DNA from: Yuukianura sp. NJ FZ-2021 | Lineage: Eukaryota | Assembly: GCA_046563655.1 (NCBI GenBank) | Contig: CM102290.1 | Location: 1,736,001-1,800,000 of the forward strand | Direction of reading: 5' to 3' | DNA length: 64,000 nt | Part shown: one piece after another, positions 24,758-37,540 of the stretch | How positions within the stretch are numbered: position 1 is the first letter of the stretch | How the letters are laid out: the number at the start of each line of letters is the position of its first letter | Made by a program: the position numbers and the translations under genes | The notes under the pieces: generated by a model | Database searches by the model: none | The model's input: the letters and a program-made list of their open reading frames with translations, nothing else | Told to the model about the DNA's origin: nothing

Positions 24758-27700
24758 GTCATTTCCTGTCTGTTATTCTGCCCTGAACTCCCATCATTGA
24801 ATTGTTAAAACAAAATGGTCCATGGAGGGATGTGGAGAGGAGAATATGCTGCGGTGGCGGCAAAATTTATTCAAATATTTATTTAGGAATGATTGATTTT
24901 TGTTCTATAGGATCCAGAAAATGGTGTTCACAACCTCAAAGTGAACGTGAAGCGACGTGCACGTTGTGAAAATGGTGCCGGAGTGGCAGTGGTGACGACG
25001 TGCCACAAAGGAGGAGTTGGTACTTATGTTATTATTAGCCTTATTATTCCAAACCTCCAGAAACAGAAAGTGGGGCCCTGTGCCCCCCAAGGGGGCGACC
25101 AGAAATTATGTACGCCCCCCTCCCTCCCTACTTTCTTCTTGCGAGAATACAAACAGCAGCATCTCCCATTATTTGCATTTCCCTCGAAGAAAGGAGCGGA
25201 GGAGAAAGTGCTCTTTGGAAATGTAAAGAAATTCGGGGGAAAGTGAGACGAGACAAGGCGCGGGAACTCTGACCTCACATTTTCATCATCGCGCCAAGAG
25301 ACAAAAACCCCATCAGAATAATTTTTATAACTTCTCCACAAAAGGCTTCTTTCTTTCCCCCCTTTCTCTTCGTCTTCCATTAAGAGCAACCATTTTTCAA
25401 AATCTCCCGCCTCCTCAATTGGCGCCAAAAGAGACGAAAAAGGGCCAACTCTTCCTCTCACAACTTCGAGAAAAGAGAGGGAGAATATGCTAATTCATGA
25501 CCATATTTTTCCAAATGGAAAACTAAGGCTGACGGAAGGGAGAACAGTTATAGTGAAAAATGTACACCATGATTCATACTAATGTCTAAAATGTACACCG
25601 TGTTTCATGCTAATGTCAAAGTACACTCTATATATTACACAGTATCGTAGAAATTTTTTATAATAAATAATTTTTTCCAGTTTGATGAATTTTTGAGTTT
25701 GAAGTTCGTGCTGGCAGAAAAGGAGGAAATTTATTCCATTTCTGTTTTTAAATTTTAGCGGGAAAACCGAAAAACCGCCAAAAATCCCTCGGAGGGAAAA
25801 CAGGAGTGGCCGATTTGAATTCAAACAAGATCAAAAAGATCCGCGCCTTTTCGTTGAATTCCCACCAAACCTTTTACCGGGAAATTTGAAATCATCAACG
25901 GCGGAGAAAGCGGAGAAAGCCGTTAGCATCAAACTGTCAAACTTAAACCTAACATATGTGACACTACCACTTCAAAATCCACTGTGCACTTATACTAATT
26001 GCTCTCTCAAATACTAATTACATTTTTGATTTTTTTCAACTTTTTTTTTTAAAAAAAGTCCTTTTGTTCTAAAAACTTGTGAAAAGCGTTTCTGTTAGAA
26101 CAAGAGTTGTTCCTAAGTTTACCCAAAAACTGTACCATTTAAATTCAAAATCACGTTTTGCCAGTTTCGCACGTTTGGTTCGGTTAGATAAAATTAGACA
26201 AAAGAAAAAAAGGAAGAGAAAGTTGAATGGCTTCTAAAACCCAATCGAAAATTCCCGCCAAAAAAAATATTGAGTTCTAGGGAACATTTCACAGCTCATG
26301 AAAAAGTAAAAACCGCCGTTTTCACAAAAATAAAGTACTTGGAATTTACATTTTCATGAAAAAATAGAATAAGGAAAGAGTTTGGCAGCTTTACTAAAAA
26401 AAAAATTTTTTTTTTGTAATAATTTTTAATGGAAATAAGAAATGACAAAACGAGATCTGTGACGAGTTTTTAAGTTTTCTAAAAAGTTGTTAACTTGTTT
26501 AAAAAATTTTTGAAAGAGAGAGTGGAAAACTCATTTAACCTTTTCACTGGACTTTCTCTCTGATTTTTCTCATTTAATTTTCTAACTGAAAAGGAGGAAA
26601 CTAACTCGTTGCCATTTGACATAAAAGTTTTAAACTTGTTTTACTTCTGAGCGTTTTAAGACTTTTTTTTTTAAAAAAAAAAGTCTTTTTTCGAAAATGA
26701 AAAAAAGATTTCAAATAATCAGGGAAGTTGATTAAGTTTTTTCCTTGGGTGACTTCCGCCTTCTCTCATCCCACTCTTTTTTGAGTTTTAAAAAAGTTAA
26801 AATTAGGATTCAATTGCTTTCCATTTCTACAAAGGATTTCCGTTCTTCTTTTCTTTCAAAAAGTTCTCGTGGATTTCAAGAGAAAAAGAAAGTCATTGTC
26901 TTCACTCCGCCCCCATCATGTCAGACGTGTGGTTTGGTCTTAATTTGAACACAGGAGGTAGGTTTATCCGTTAGGTTTTAGGCTACTAACCTAAAATCTA
27001 ACGCAGAACAAGTAAATTCTCATTTCAAACTTGAGTCTTTTCATGACCTAAAGGAACAGGCAGGGTTAGCCTAACCCATCTTGTCACCGGGTATAAAAAC
27101 CCGCATGGGGATTTCAAAAAATTTAAAATCATTAAATCCTTAACGTTTTAAACTTCAGATTTTGAAATTTTGAGCCAAATAAATTTTGAAGCCAGTTTAA
27201 CATGGGGGGTGGGGGGATATTTTCAGTCTTTTTTTGGGGAGGAAATAGTTTTTTTCAAACCTAAATCCCCAATTGGTGCTTGAATTCCCCGGGGATTGGA
27301 ACTGGCTGCCTTGAGAACAACTTGGGAAATCCACTGTTTGTCATCTCGTGCTCGCTGGAAGCTCTTCGTTTTTTGGAGAGGGATTAACGTGCTGCTGGCG
27401 AAGTGTTTGTCATCTCCTTTAGTTCGATGGACTTGGACGCTCCACAAGAGAGTCCTCGTGAGGAAAAGAGAAAAGACTTTCTCCCAATTTCCCGCTTTTT
27501 CCATTTCCTTTGTCTTTTCTCACTTTTCCCCCAAACCTTTACGTTTTTTCAAGTACTTTATCCAAGGAATAAGGAAGAGCTGGCGATGAGACACAAAGTT
27601 TTGGAGGAAAGAGGGGGGGGGGCTAAAAATGGGGGGGGGGGGGTGAGCATAGCCGTATCACAGATGCATCCCACAAAAATCGGCGTAATTTCCCCATCGA

Positions 27701-28206
27701 CAAGCGGAGAAAGGGGCCTTTTCCCCTGATTTCTTATTTCCCCACCCCCTCCTCTTCTCTCCCCCCGAAGACTCTCAGACAGCCCCATTAATCTTTTATT
27801 ATTTTCTCCACGAGGGAAAAGGAGAAGGAAATACACGCTTTCAATATAAATGTCTCTCTAACCTAACAAAACCTAACCTCCCCGTCCCCTATGGAATCTG
27901 ATTTATTGTTGTGGTTTTCCTTTCAGGTCTTCACCCCCGCCAAAACACCCTTACAAAACTTTCTTAAGAGACGACATTGAGACAAAACAGGAGAGGGAAA
28001 GGAAAAGAGCGCCAAAACAAAAACAAAAGTAAACCAAAGAACTTGACAACTTCAATATAGGCGCCTTTCCACTTCAAACTTTCTTCTTTCTACTTTTTTT
28101 TTCTCACAATCCGCCACAATTCACAAATAGGATCATCAAACTTTTTGGAAAAAGAACAGAAAAGAGAAAGTTTTTCTAAACGTCTATGACCTTCTACAGC
28201 CCAAAC

Positions 28207-28489
28207 CAAGGCTGTTTAAATTCAAATTTTGTTTTTTCTTAACACGTTATAACATAACTCCTTTTTTTAAATTTTCAATCTTTTTTGACCCGGATCCGAC
28301 GACTCCGTTGCGTTAGCAATTCAAAACCAAAACTATGACTCAGCAACGTTAAAATTAAAAAATTTCAAAAGACTATTGTGAAAATTAAAAAAATTGGTAC
28401 AAAAGTTATTTTTTCGTGTTTAAAAAAAATCGGAGTTATGGCATAACCTGTTAGAGCATTTGTGTAAATGAGCTGTTATAACAACCTTG
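28207..28489. mobile_element. P-like MITE family B
   Basis: CAAGGCTG...CAACCTTG; body matches the 48815 copy; decayed 8-bp TSD GCCCAAAC/ACCCAGAC. Confidence 0.8.
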
Positions 28490-30000
28490 ACCCAGACAAA
28501 ACAAGACAAAAATGGTGTAAAAAATCAAAGATTTCTCTATCCAAGCATTCTGGTCTTCCATCTTCAATCAAAAAAATTCCAATTTTTCAGGAGAAAAAAA
28601 TTCTTGAAGAAAATTCCAAAATTCAAAACTATGTGCCATGACTGTGGTTTTGAGTTGAGTATCGAAAACCGTGTGGAGTTGAATTGATGAAAGGTTTTAG
28701 GTAGGAACGGAAGAAGCGGGAACTTTTGAAAAAGGAAATCCGATTACTTCGTCTACTTATACACAACTCCTGCTGTACTGGATTTGATTCCTTCTTCGTC
28801 CAGCCCAATTTCCACAACTGACTGAGCCCATTCATCATTTTCTACTCAACCATAACCCTATTCCTTGTGCCACTAAATTTAAATTTGAAATAACATGGGA
28901 ATAGAATATGTCCCACACTAACTTTCTAGTCGTCGACAGAAAGTGCTGAAAGCATCCAAAGTTGACTTGGACGCAGAGATTAGAAGGAGAGCAGTCTCTT
29001 TCCAATCCTCTCAGGACCAAATGACCTGATTTCAAACCAACTTTGTACAGCCTGGCTCACTCTGCTTTAAGCCTAACTTGGAGCCACCATGGTGGGGCAG
29101 GGGGAGCTTGAAAAAGTGGAAGAGGCTGTACAAGTGGGTACTCGGTGGGACTTTTGTCTAGATTGGCGCTGGATGACAGTGGGGCCCTGGAGAGACTTTT
29201 GAGGACTGAAGAGCAGAAGGTTCTCCGACAGGAAATTGGGTGTAAATACTATAAATATGAAGAGACTTGTTCGTACAGGGCCATTTGGGGAAAAGACTAA
29301 CCTTGGACTCTTTCAACCAACGGCTGCCTTACTTCAACCGGCTCTGCTGCCTTACTTCAACCAAAAAAGAGCCACGGGAGGAGGTGGAGATGGAGAAAAG
29401 AAATCCTGAGAAATGGAAACAGAGATGGTTCGTGGTCTGAGTGTATTTAGAGACATAATCCAGGAGGATAAATGCGAGGGAGCAAAACCACTTAAGGGAG
29501 GGAGTAACTATTACATGGAAGAGCCAAGGGAGAGCAGAAAACGGCGGGAAACAGTAATGATCTCCAAAATCCCAGACAAAACAGATTCAGAACTAAAGCA
29601 ACTGACCACTTGGTCAGAACCTTCAAATACACCCGCAATCATACCACTAACAAACCCACACAACAACCAACCACAGTCACGTCTTCATCTTTACTCTTTA
29701 GTCTCTTCGTCTTCCGAGTACCGTAAAACTTCTCATAACAACCGCCGGCTCCAATTTCACAAATTGTACTTTGACACTTAACAAATTTTACTTCAAATAG
29801 TTTACAACAAAAATAAAATTTGAAACTTCAAAAAATTGAAACATTTTCTTAAAGAAAGCAAATTTTTAAATCATAGATTTTTAAAAATTTAACTAAACTG
29901 ATTTGGAAAAAAATGAAAAGGCTTTTTCTTCGTAGAACTAAAGACAAAAATTTCAAAAAAAAAAAAATCAGTGGAATGTTTTTGGTTGGGTTGGGTTGTA

Positions 30001-30158
30001 CAGTACATTCTCTAAATAAGAAACTAAAAACTTCAAACCTTTCTCCATTTCTTTTCAATGAGGCCTCAGTGCAGCCATAGAAGAAACCTCACTGAGGCCC
30101 ACGACAAGAAATGGAGCAAGGTTTGAGGTTTTTAGTTTCCTATTTAGAGAATGAGGTG
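30001..30158. mobile_element. TA-flanked palindromic MITE (Tc1/pogo-like)
   Basis: CAGTACATTCTCTAAATAAG...TATTTAGAGAATGAGGTG with TA on both sides; a second copy lies at 55235-55365; the TIR core ATTCTCTAAATAAG is shared with the 4630 element. Confidence 0.85.
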
Positions 30159-33100
30159 TATTTTGTGACTATGTACAGCCCTGGGGGCCGTTGCTGGAAC
30201 TTTTACGGTAAAAGTTTGTAGTAATATTTCGTCGTTGGTTTAACTCCAGCTAGTTCACAATCTAGATAAAGCTTACTGACAAGACTAGTGACTACAGCAG
30301 AGGGATATTGTTGAGTGAGAAAGTGGATCCGGTTGAGGTTTGAAGTAGATGCGGCAGTGCTTTCTCCCAGTAGCATTTGAGCTTCAACTTCAGTTGGAGG
30401 TGGTGATTCACTCAAGTGAAAGTTTAAAGGGCTCTAAGAAGAGGTTTTAGTTACATAAATAAGTGGGATTGGAGCACTCCCACCTGTCTCCAGCCACCAC
30501 CCCTCTCAAACCCACCCTCCCCACCCCACCCCACCCCCACCCTACCTCAAATCACTGCACTCTTCCTCTTTCTGCTAAGTTACTGCAAAGGAAAAGGAGA
30601 AAACAGACTAACCTTAGTCTAACCCAGAAAAGAAGAAGATTCAGGAGCAGCCGACTTATTCCTAGAAATAGGAGGGTTTCATTTCTACTACAACCACACT
30701 TTAGTGTACAACACAAAAGGAAATGGAGAAAACTGCAGCATCAGCCTTCTCACTTTCTCCCGCTTTCCGTGTGGGTTGCAAAAGTCTCAATTTGCCCCAC
30801 TTTCATCGTAACTTCATTTTCTCCCTCTCTTTCTTCAAAAGAATAAAGGCAAAAACTCATCATATCTCCGTCTGCTTTCTTCTCAATTTTTTTTTCATCT
30901 ATCCAAAATCTGTCTGTACATTTTGTGTACATGAAAAAAGAGGTTTTTTTTTAAAAGAAAGTAAGAGAAAACCTAAGCTCAGGAGCTTAACTTGCCAAAC
31001 AGAGAAAAGGAAAGCAGGGAAATCAACACGCACTTACTCGTAAGTAATCCTTACTTCTCAAGTGCTTTTCTACACGAAAAAAAGAAGAATTGTGTTCAAA
31101 TGGACTTTGGATTTTCAAGATTTTCAAAAAGATGTTTTTTATGTATTTGAAAAATGAAATAGTAGTACCTAGTGCTACACTTGAACAAACCTGAATTTTT
31201 GACAATGAATGCAAAATGTCAATGAAAAAAATGAAATTTTTGCTTAAAAAGAAAAAAACTGAAGCAGCCACTGCGTGGACATTTTTGATTTTTTTTCCTT
31301 CAAATTTGAATTTCCGAAAACGAATAGGACCAATTATAACACTTCAAAAAATTATAACACTTCTGAAAACACGCCCGCTGATTTTTGAAAAACCGTTTTT
31401 CATAAAACTTGATTAGATGCACCCACCCACACTTCCCTTTGGAAACCCACCACCGCCCCTACCAACAAATTTTTTTAGCTTATGCATATTTGATGATGCG
31501 GAACAAGTTAGGTTATTAAGGCTTAGTTAATAAGTGTACGTCTGGCGGAAGATGGAAGTGGAAATGGATTTTTTAGTACTACTTTTACTTTCACCACCAA
31601 CATCGCAGTAGACGACAGTCCAGGAAAAGCAATAAGTGCTACCAAGAATCTTTGATGATTTTCAAAAAAAGCGAAGCTTTTGCTTTTCCCGCTCTTTTTT
31701 CTCTCCGTTTTGAGGTTGGTTCTAACTCCCTTTTTTCCAAATGTGACTCAATCTCTGTTAACAACCGAAAGAAATGACTCGATTTCTTCAACGATTCTTC
31801 CACACACCACCACTGCTGTGAAAGTCGTCAACTTTTTCATATTTTCCGCCTCCTTTTTCCTTCTTCAAAGTGAGTGAAAATGGAAAGCAATGGCACATTT
31901 GAAACCGCCTTTTCAAAACCAAGGACTTTACTATACTTATTATTTTTTTCCCGCCTTTTTTTGAGTATTGGAGGAGTAGGCTAAAGGTCTTTAGCTCAGA
32001 TGAGGACTGTCTCTGACTTTTATGATTGAACATACGTCTTCAGCGGTTCTTTTTTCAACAGGCTCCACCGTGGCAGCGGCGGTCCACCGTGGACCATCTT
32101 TTCTGCTCGTCCCGCCTTCTTTAGTAGATTTTCCAGCGGGGATTTATGAACCCAAGAACTGAGCTCTAATATATTTTAAAGATAAAAGTCAAATATCGTC
32201 CTCATGCTTCACAAAATTTATCGTTCCCCTCTTCTCATCTTCTCAAAATATCTTCGAAAAAAATACGGAAACCCATACAGAAATTGATTTTTTCCGTCTT
32301 TGATGCTCCTATTTTTTTTAACTTTCTCCGCTAAACTAACTTAGGCGGCGAAAAAAATGGTTTTAAAGAGAAAAAATTGAAAATTGAGTTCGGAAATCCA
32401 ACGGTTCAAAAAAAGTGAGCAAAAATCTTTGGCGTGAATTTTTATTTCAATCTTTAAAGGTTAAGCTAGTTTAGGAAAATAGAAAATTGGAAGAAAGAAT
32501 TCCAAAATATTTCTGAAACGATTTTTTTAAACTCATGTTAGAAGAATAAAAATTTTGGAATTTATCTGGAGAGTTTGCAGAAAAAAAAAGACAAATTTCT
32601 CGAGGGAAAAAAAAGATGAAAAAAGGAGAAAACCTTGCAAGAAATTTGTAAGTTAGCTTAGCATAAGCTATGATAAAATTTTCCTAAGCCTGAAAAATAA
32701 TTTAAAAAAAAAAGTGAAGACTGGATCAAAATTGGGATGAAATTTAGGAAAGTTGAGAGTGATGACATTGGAGGTTTTGTGAACTGAGAAGTTGATGAAG
32801 TCATTAATCATGGATTCGAAGGATAATGAGAGAGACACAGAAGACGTGGGTGGGGGGCACTTAATTCCACTTTCTTCTCCTTTCTCTTGCCTAACCTTAG
32901 CCTTTGACCTCATCAGAAGACAAGATCTCTCTCCGCTCCAAAGAATTGAATCATTCCCCATGAACTTTTAATTAGAAATTTAAGTTTGAAAGTGTCTCAA
33001 TCAAATCCCTTTCTCCAATGTGGTTTCATTACAGTGACTGATGGGCTTTCTCCTTCCCTAAGGCCATTTTCCTCCCTGACTTCCAACCTTAGTCTAACAA

Positions 33101-33264
33101 TTCCCTTCTTTTTCCTAATCCCTAATCCCATCTGGGATTCAAATTCAAGATTTCGAGCCAAAACTGAAAGCAAATCGTACTCTGCTCGCAAACTTAAATA
33201 AAAAGTCACTTAAAGGGTCCCCGTAGACTTCTCTATTCTCTATGACCTTCCTCCAAAACTCGAA

Positions 33265-33565
33265 AATCAAAGTCAATTGTCAAAGTTGGAAAGTCAATGC
33301 AAAGTCAAAAGTCAAACGTCAAAAATCAACGGTCAAAACTCTGTAAACTTCAAAAGTCCAAAGATAAAAGTCAAGAATTCAAAAGTCTTCGGGGGAAAGT
33401 AGAACGTCAAACCAAAGTCGCACTTAAAAATTCAAAGGTCAAGAGTCCTAGGTCCAAAGTCAACGGCCGAACGTCACGCCAAAATTAAAAGTCAAAAGTC
33501 ATCGGTTGAAAGTCAGATGTGAAAGGTCCAAAGTCCAAAGTCAAAGTCAAACTTATAGTGAAAGT
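33265..33565. repeat. Degenerate (AAAGTC/AAAGTCA)n short tandem repeat
   Basis: Recurrent AAAGTC/AAGGTC units; explains the K/S/Q-rich ORF at 33297. Confidence 0.7.
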
Positions 33566-34604
33566 CACACTTTTAACCAAGGCGGTCAAAATTAATCAAA
33601 ATGCAAAAACGCAAATATGAATTTACATAAGCAAAACCAGAAAAGAGTAGTGAAAGCACGGAAAATTGGCGTCACTTTCACTCGCTTCTGGTTTGTTGAT
33701 ATTTTTCGAAAAGTGGGACGATTGGCGCACGTGACCTTGTGCGTAATGGAGTAACGCAGCTAATGTTTTGTTTTTCTTCGTATGTTCTAATGTATAGTAA
33801 ATAGTAGTATGGGGGCAGAACGAGGGCGTGGAGGGGTATCCATACCAAACAACTTCAAACGATCCCCTTTGATTCTGATCAAGGAATGAAAACTTTCTCT
33901 TCGTTTTCTTTTAGTTCTTTAACCTTACTTTTAACCTAACCCAAACTGTTATAAAGTACACATAGTAGTGATTTATCTATATTTAGCGTGTCTCTCCATT
34001 TTCAATCATTTTTATCTCACTCCAAAATTCCCCAAAAATGTGGAGAGACGTGACCAAACTTTCTCCTCGTTTGGTTTTTTTTTTAAAAAGGCGTTCGGAT
34101 TTTCCAAAAAATGAAAAAAAAGAGGCACCTTTTCTTATGGAATAAAAGAGAGAGAGGGTAAAAATGTAAGAATGAGTGTGTAAGATGAGTTTAGTTGGTG
34201 GAAAGCTCAATTCCAGCCGAGAAATCGAAGTGGGGAGGAGGGAGGAGGGGGATTGTGCTCCAATTGAGAACGTAGTGAAAGTGGTCCTTTCCTTCTTTGC
34301 TACTTAAGGTTCTATTATTCCGTCGTCTCCTCAAAATAGCACATCGATTCTTACACTCCTCTTAATGCTCTTCCTCATGTCAGACCTTCCTTTTCCACGA
34401 GATTTACAACCAAAATCTGTGGTTGCAACTTCCCGCCCTGAGTCCGTCTGTAACTGCTTCAAAAATTCACAAAAAAAAAAAAGTTAAAAAAAAATTTAAA
34501 AAAAGGGCTATTTTTGACACATGACTATGGCATGATGCACAAGGCAATTGATGCGACTTTGTCCGTTTGTCCCTTTGTCGCGTCTTAAGCAACACAAAAC
34601 TTAA

Positions 34605-34694
34605 CAAGGTTTTTTAAATTTGATTTTTTTTAACAGGTTGGTTACTACCGCATGTTTTTCCGATTTTACAAGAAAAAGTGTCTTTTCATTTCCG
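34605..34694. mobile_element. Truncated P-like MITE family A (one end only)
   Basis: CAAGGTTT...TAACAGGTTGG...CATGTTTTTCCGATTTT resembles the family A left end; no right end is seen. Confidence 0.6.
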
Positions 34695-35907
34695 TTAAAA
34701 AAAAAACCTTTCTACTTCAAAATGAACGAAAAATTTTTGTTTTGCCTTTGACAATTTGGTTTTAATGCTTTGGAGAAAGATTTGAGTTGGTGCTTGAATA
34801 AAATTAGAATGGAGTTAGATTTTGAACAGGTTATGCGGTATCGAAAAGAGAAAATTTTGAGTTACGCGGTTTTGACTGTAGTTGGTTTGGACAGACCGTG
34901 TGACTTTGTGCATCCCTTTCTATATCTTTATGTGAAGCCGAAGTTCATTGTGATTGTGAACTTGTTTTGAGTGATTTTATTCTTTCCTATACTTTGAACA
35001 AAGTTCTCATTTTCTCTTTTCTTCTTTCCCCTTGTTCTTACCTTCTTTTGACAACTCCTTCCTTCCTTCCTACTAACGCTACTTCACTCTTTTCACTTTT
35101 TCAAAAAAAGAAGCGGGAGCAAATAATTCATTTTTATCAGAAACCTCTTTTCTCCTCAGACAAGTTTTTCTTCCTCTCTCCTTTTTATCTGAATTACAAA
35201 GAGGAGAGAGAAAGTAAAGAAGAGAGAGCAGAGAGTCCCTAATGGTTTGTGTATACATTCGAATTTGGCGCCCTGCCTGCATAATATAACCCTGCCGCCA
35301 CGAGAATATGAACTTCGTGGTTCAGCAACTTAGAAGATTTTGCTTCTTCTGGAGCCAATCAGGCCTTCTACACTCTTCCATCCGCACTTTCACTACTAAA
35401 AAGGAGCCTACCACTTTCTTTTTTTAAAAGTTCCCGCCGCTTTCTCCTCAAATTTTCCTCGATCCAAAAAATTCAACTCAATTGAGACATGATTTCCACC
35501 TCTATTGGCAGGGCATAACTTTTTATTTTATTTCTACGCTCCATTCTCTCTCCTTTTTTTTCCGTTCCCGCTCTGCCCAAAGTTCGACTTGTCACAAAAA
35601 TTTGACAAAGCGTGAAAGCATCTTTCACCAAAAAAGAAAAGTTTTACTTTTTTTTTGTTCGTTTTCTGCTGTGCTTCTTCAACCAACTGACTTTTTGGCT
35701 CCCTTTGGCAAAAAAAAAATTCTCGCTATTCGCTCTTCGTCCATCTTCACACTCGTTTTCTTCCTTTTTTTGATTCTGATGACGACAAGAGAAAAGAGAG
35801 ACAAGTGGCAAAATATTCCAAAGACAGTAGCAACAAAAATCAAGCACAATTTTTTTTAGGGTAGGGTGATTCCATTGAGCTTCTTTTTAGATTCTGTGCC
35901 AACAAAA

Positions 35908-37540
35908 AGTCGTAAGAAATAAAGTCCGTGGCGCGTATATTCAAAAAAAGAAACACTTTTTCCACAATAATTTTGCCCTCGACGAGACTTTTAAGCTTGT
36001 TAGCCTTTTCTGTGCTGAATTCAAATCCTCCCGCTTTCTCAGCGGGAAGAAGGAAATTGATTTTGTTCAAAGTAAGAGCCATTCGAACCAAAAGGAAATA
36101 AAAGGGCCCCCTCCTTCCTTTCTTTACTTTACTCCCTTCAACAGCGTAACCAGACACCTATGCACGGTCAGTTGTGTACCACACTTTTACGAACAACTAA
36201 TGTGACAACTTAACAACCCTGGAAAATGTGTTGAAAATCTTCATCTTTTTAATCACTGAGAAATACATATACCTAGGTAACTAGGTAGTTAGTAAAAGTG
36301 TATTTATCCATATGGAAATGTCAACTTTTCATGCTCAGATCCCTGTGTTTCAAAAAAAAATCTTACGCTGACAAACGAATTTCATATTGCCAAAATTTTA
36401 AATAAAAAATTTCACCTCACAAAAGTTTATTCTTTATTTTTGCCACTTTTGTCCAATGACGTTTTATTTCTACCACTTTTATCTACTATTATTACTTTTC
36501 TACTACTTTTGCATACCCACATTTCATTTCTACCACTTTTATCCATTAGGATTTCTTTGCTACCACTTTTGTCTACTAACATTTAATTTCTACCCCTTTT
36601 ATCCACTAACATTTCATTTCTGCCGCTTGTGTCGTCCACTACCCTGTGATTCGTGTCCTGGAACGAATCAGTACACGCTGACTGGCTCCCATAGTCTCAT
36701 TACCTGCCTGTGGTGTGCGCATGTCCCCAAATCCTTTAAGCGCAGTTCCTGTCTTGTACGTTGTTGTAATTCGAACATTTTTGTTCTGCTCGCGTAAGAC
36801 TGAAATTCCTTCAGTAAGCCGCGGATTGCCTATGCGTTTTGTTCCGTAAGTTTTTTCATGAGCACTACAAAATTAAAACGGCGAATGGAAATTTCTGTTA
36901 AAAAATTTTTTTAACATTTTTTTTTTCGAATTTAAAAAAAAAAGAAGTTTCATTACGCACTTTAATTTTCCACCACGAACATATGTTGTTCTTACTCCAC
37001 TGTAGCCATTCGTGAAGGAATTCGCGGAGTTAACGGTTTTAACTGAATGGCGAACAGAAGATGTTGCCATCGGTCCAAGATCAGTCGGACGTCCAGTCTC
37101 AACTTTCGGACGAACCTTCAGAACGTTGCTTTTCGGATTACACAACTTGCCATAAACACAACAACAAGTTAAGTTAAGAAAAATATTTGACCTTTGAACT
37201 CCTTCTCAAAGAATTCGACTTTAGGCATACTCTTACCTCCACAAGCGTTAGTCGTAAGAAATAAAGTCCGTGGCGCGTATATTCGGAAAACCAAAGAAAC
37301 ACTTTTTCCACAATAATTTTGAACCCTCGACGAGACTTTTTAAGCTTGTTAGCCTTTTCTGTGCTGAATTCAAATCCTCCCGCTTTCTCAGCGGGAAGAA
37401 GGAAATTGATTTTGTTCAAAGTAAGAGCCATTCGAACCAAAAGGAAATAAAAGGGCCCCCTCCTTCCTTTCTTTACTTTACTCCTGTAAAAGCGTAACCA
37501 GACACCAATGTACGGTCAGTTGTGTACCAGTACTCTTACA
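35908..37540. repeat. ~285-bp direct repeat pair (35908-36190 and 37250-37540)
   Basis: Highly similar segments AGTCGTAAGAAATAAAGTCCGTGGCGCG...GGTCAGTTGTGTACCA that differ by a few indels. Confidence 0.9.
36441..36624. repeat. 30-bp minisatellite (TACCACTTTTRTCYACTAACATTTCATTTC), about 6 units
   Basis: Visible 30-nt periodicity; explains the F/Y/H-rich ORF at 36456. Confidence 0.85.

Noticed and set aside
28800..29290. Possible decayed LINE reverse-transcriptase tail (LNHNPIPCATKFKF..ITWE)
   Set aside because: Only a faint resemblance with several stops and no catalytic motif; needs a TBLASTN/HMM search to support.
35908..37540. LTR/TRIM retroelement interpretation of the direct repeats
   Set aside because: No consistent TG...CA ends, PBS, PPT or TSD; kept only as a duplication.
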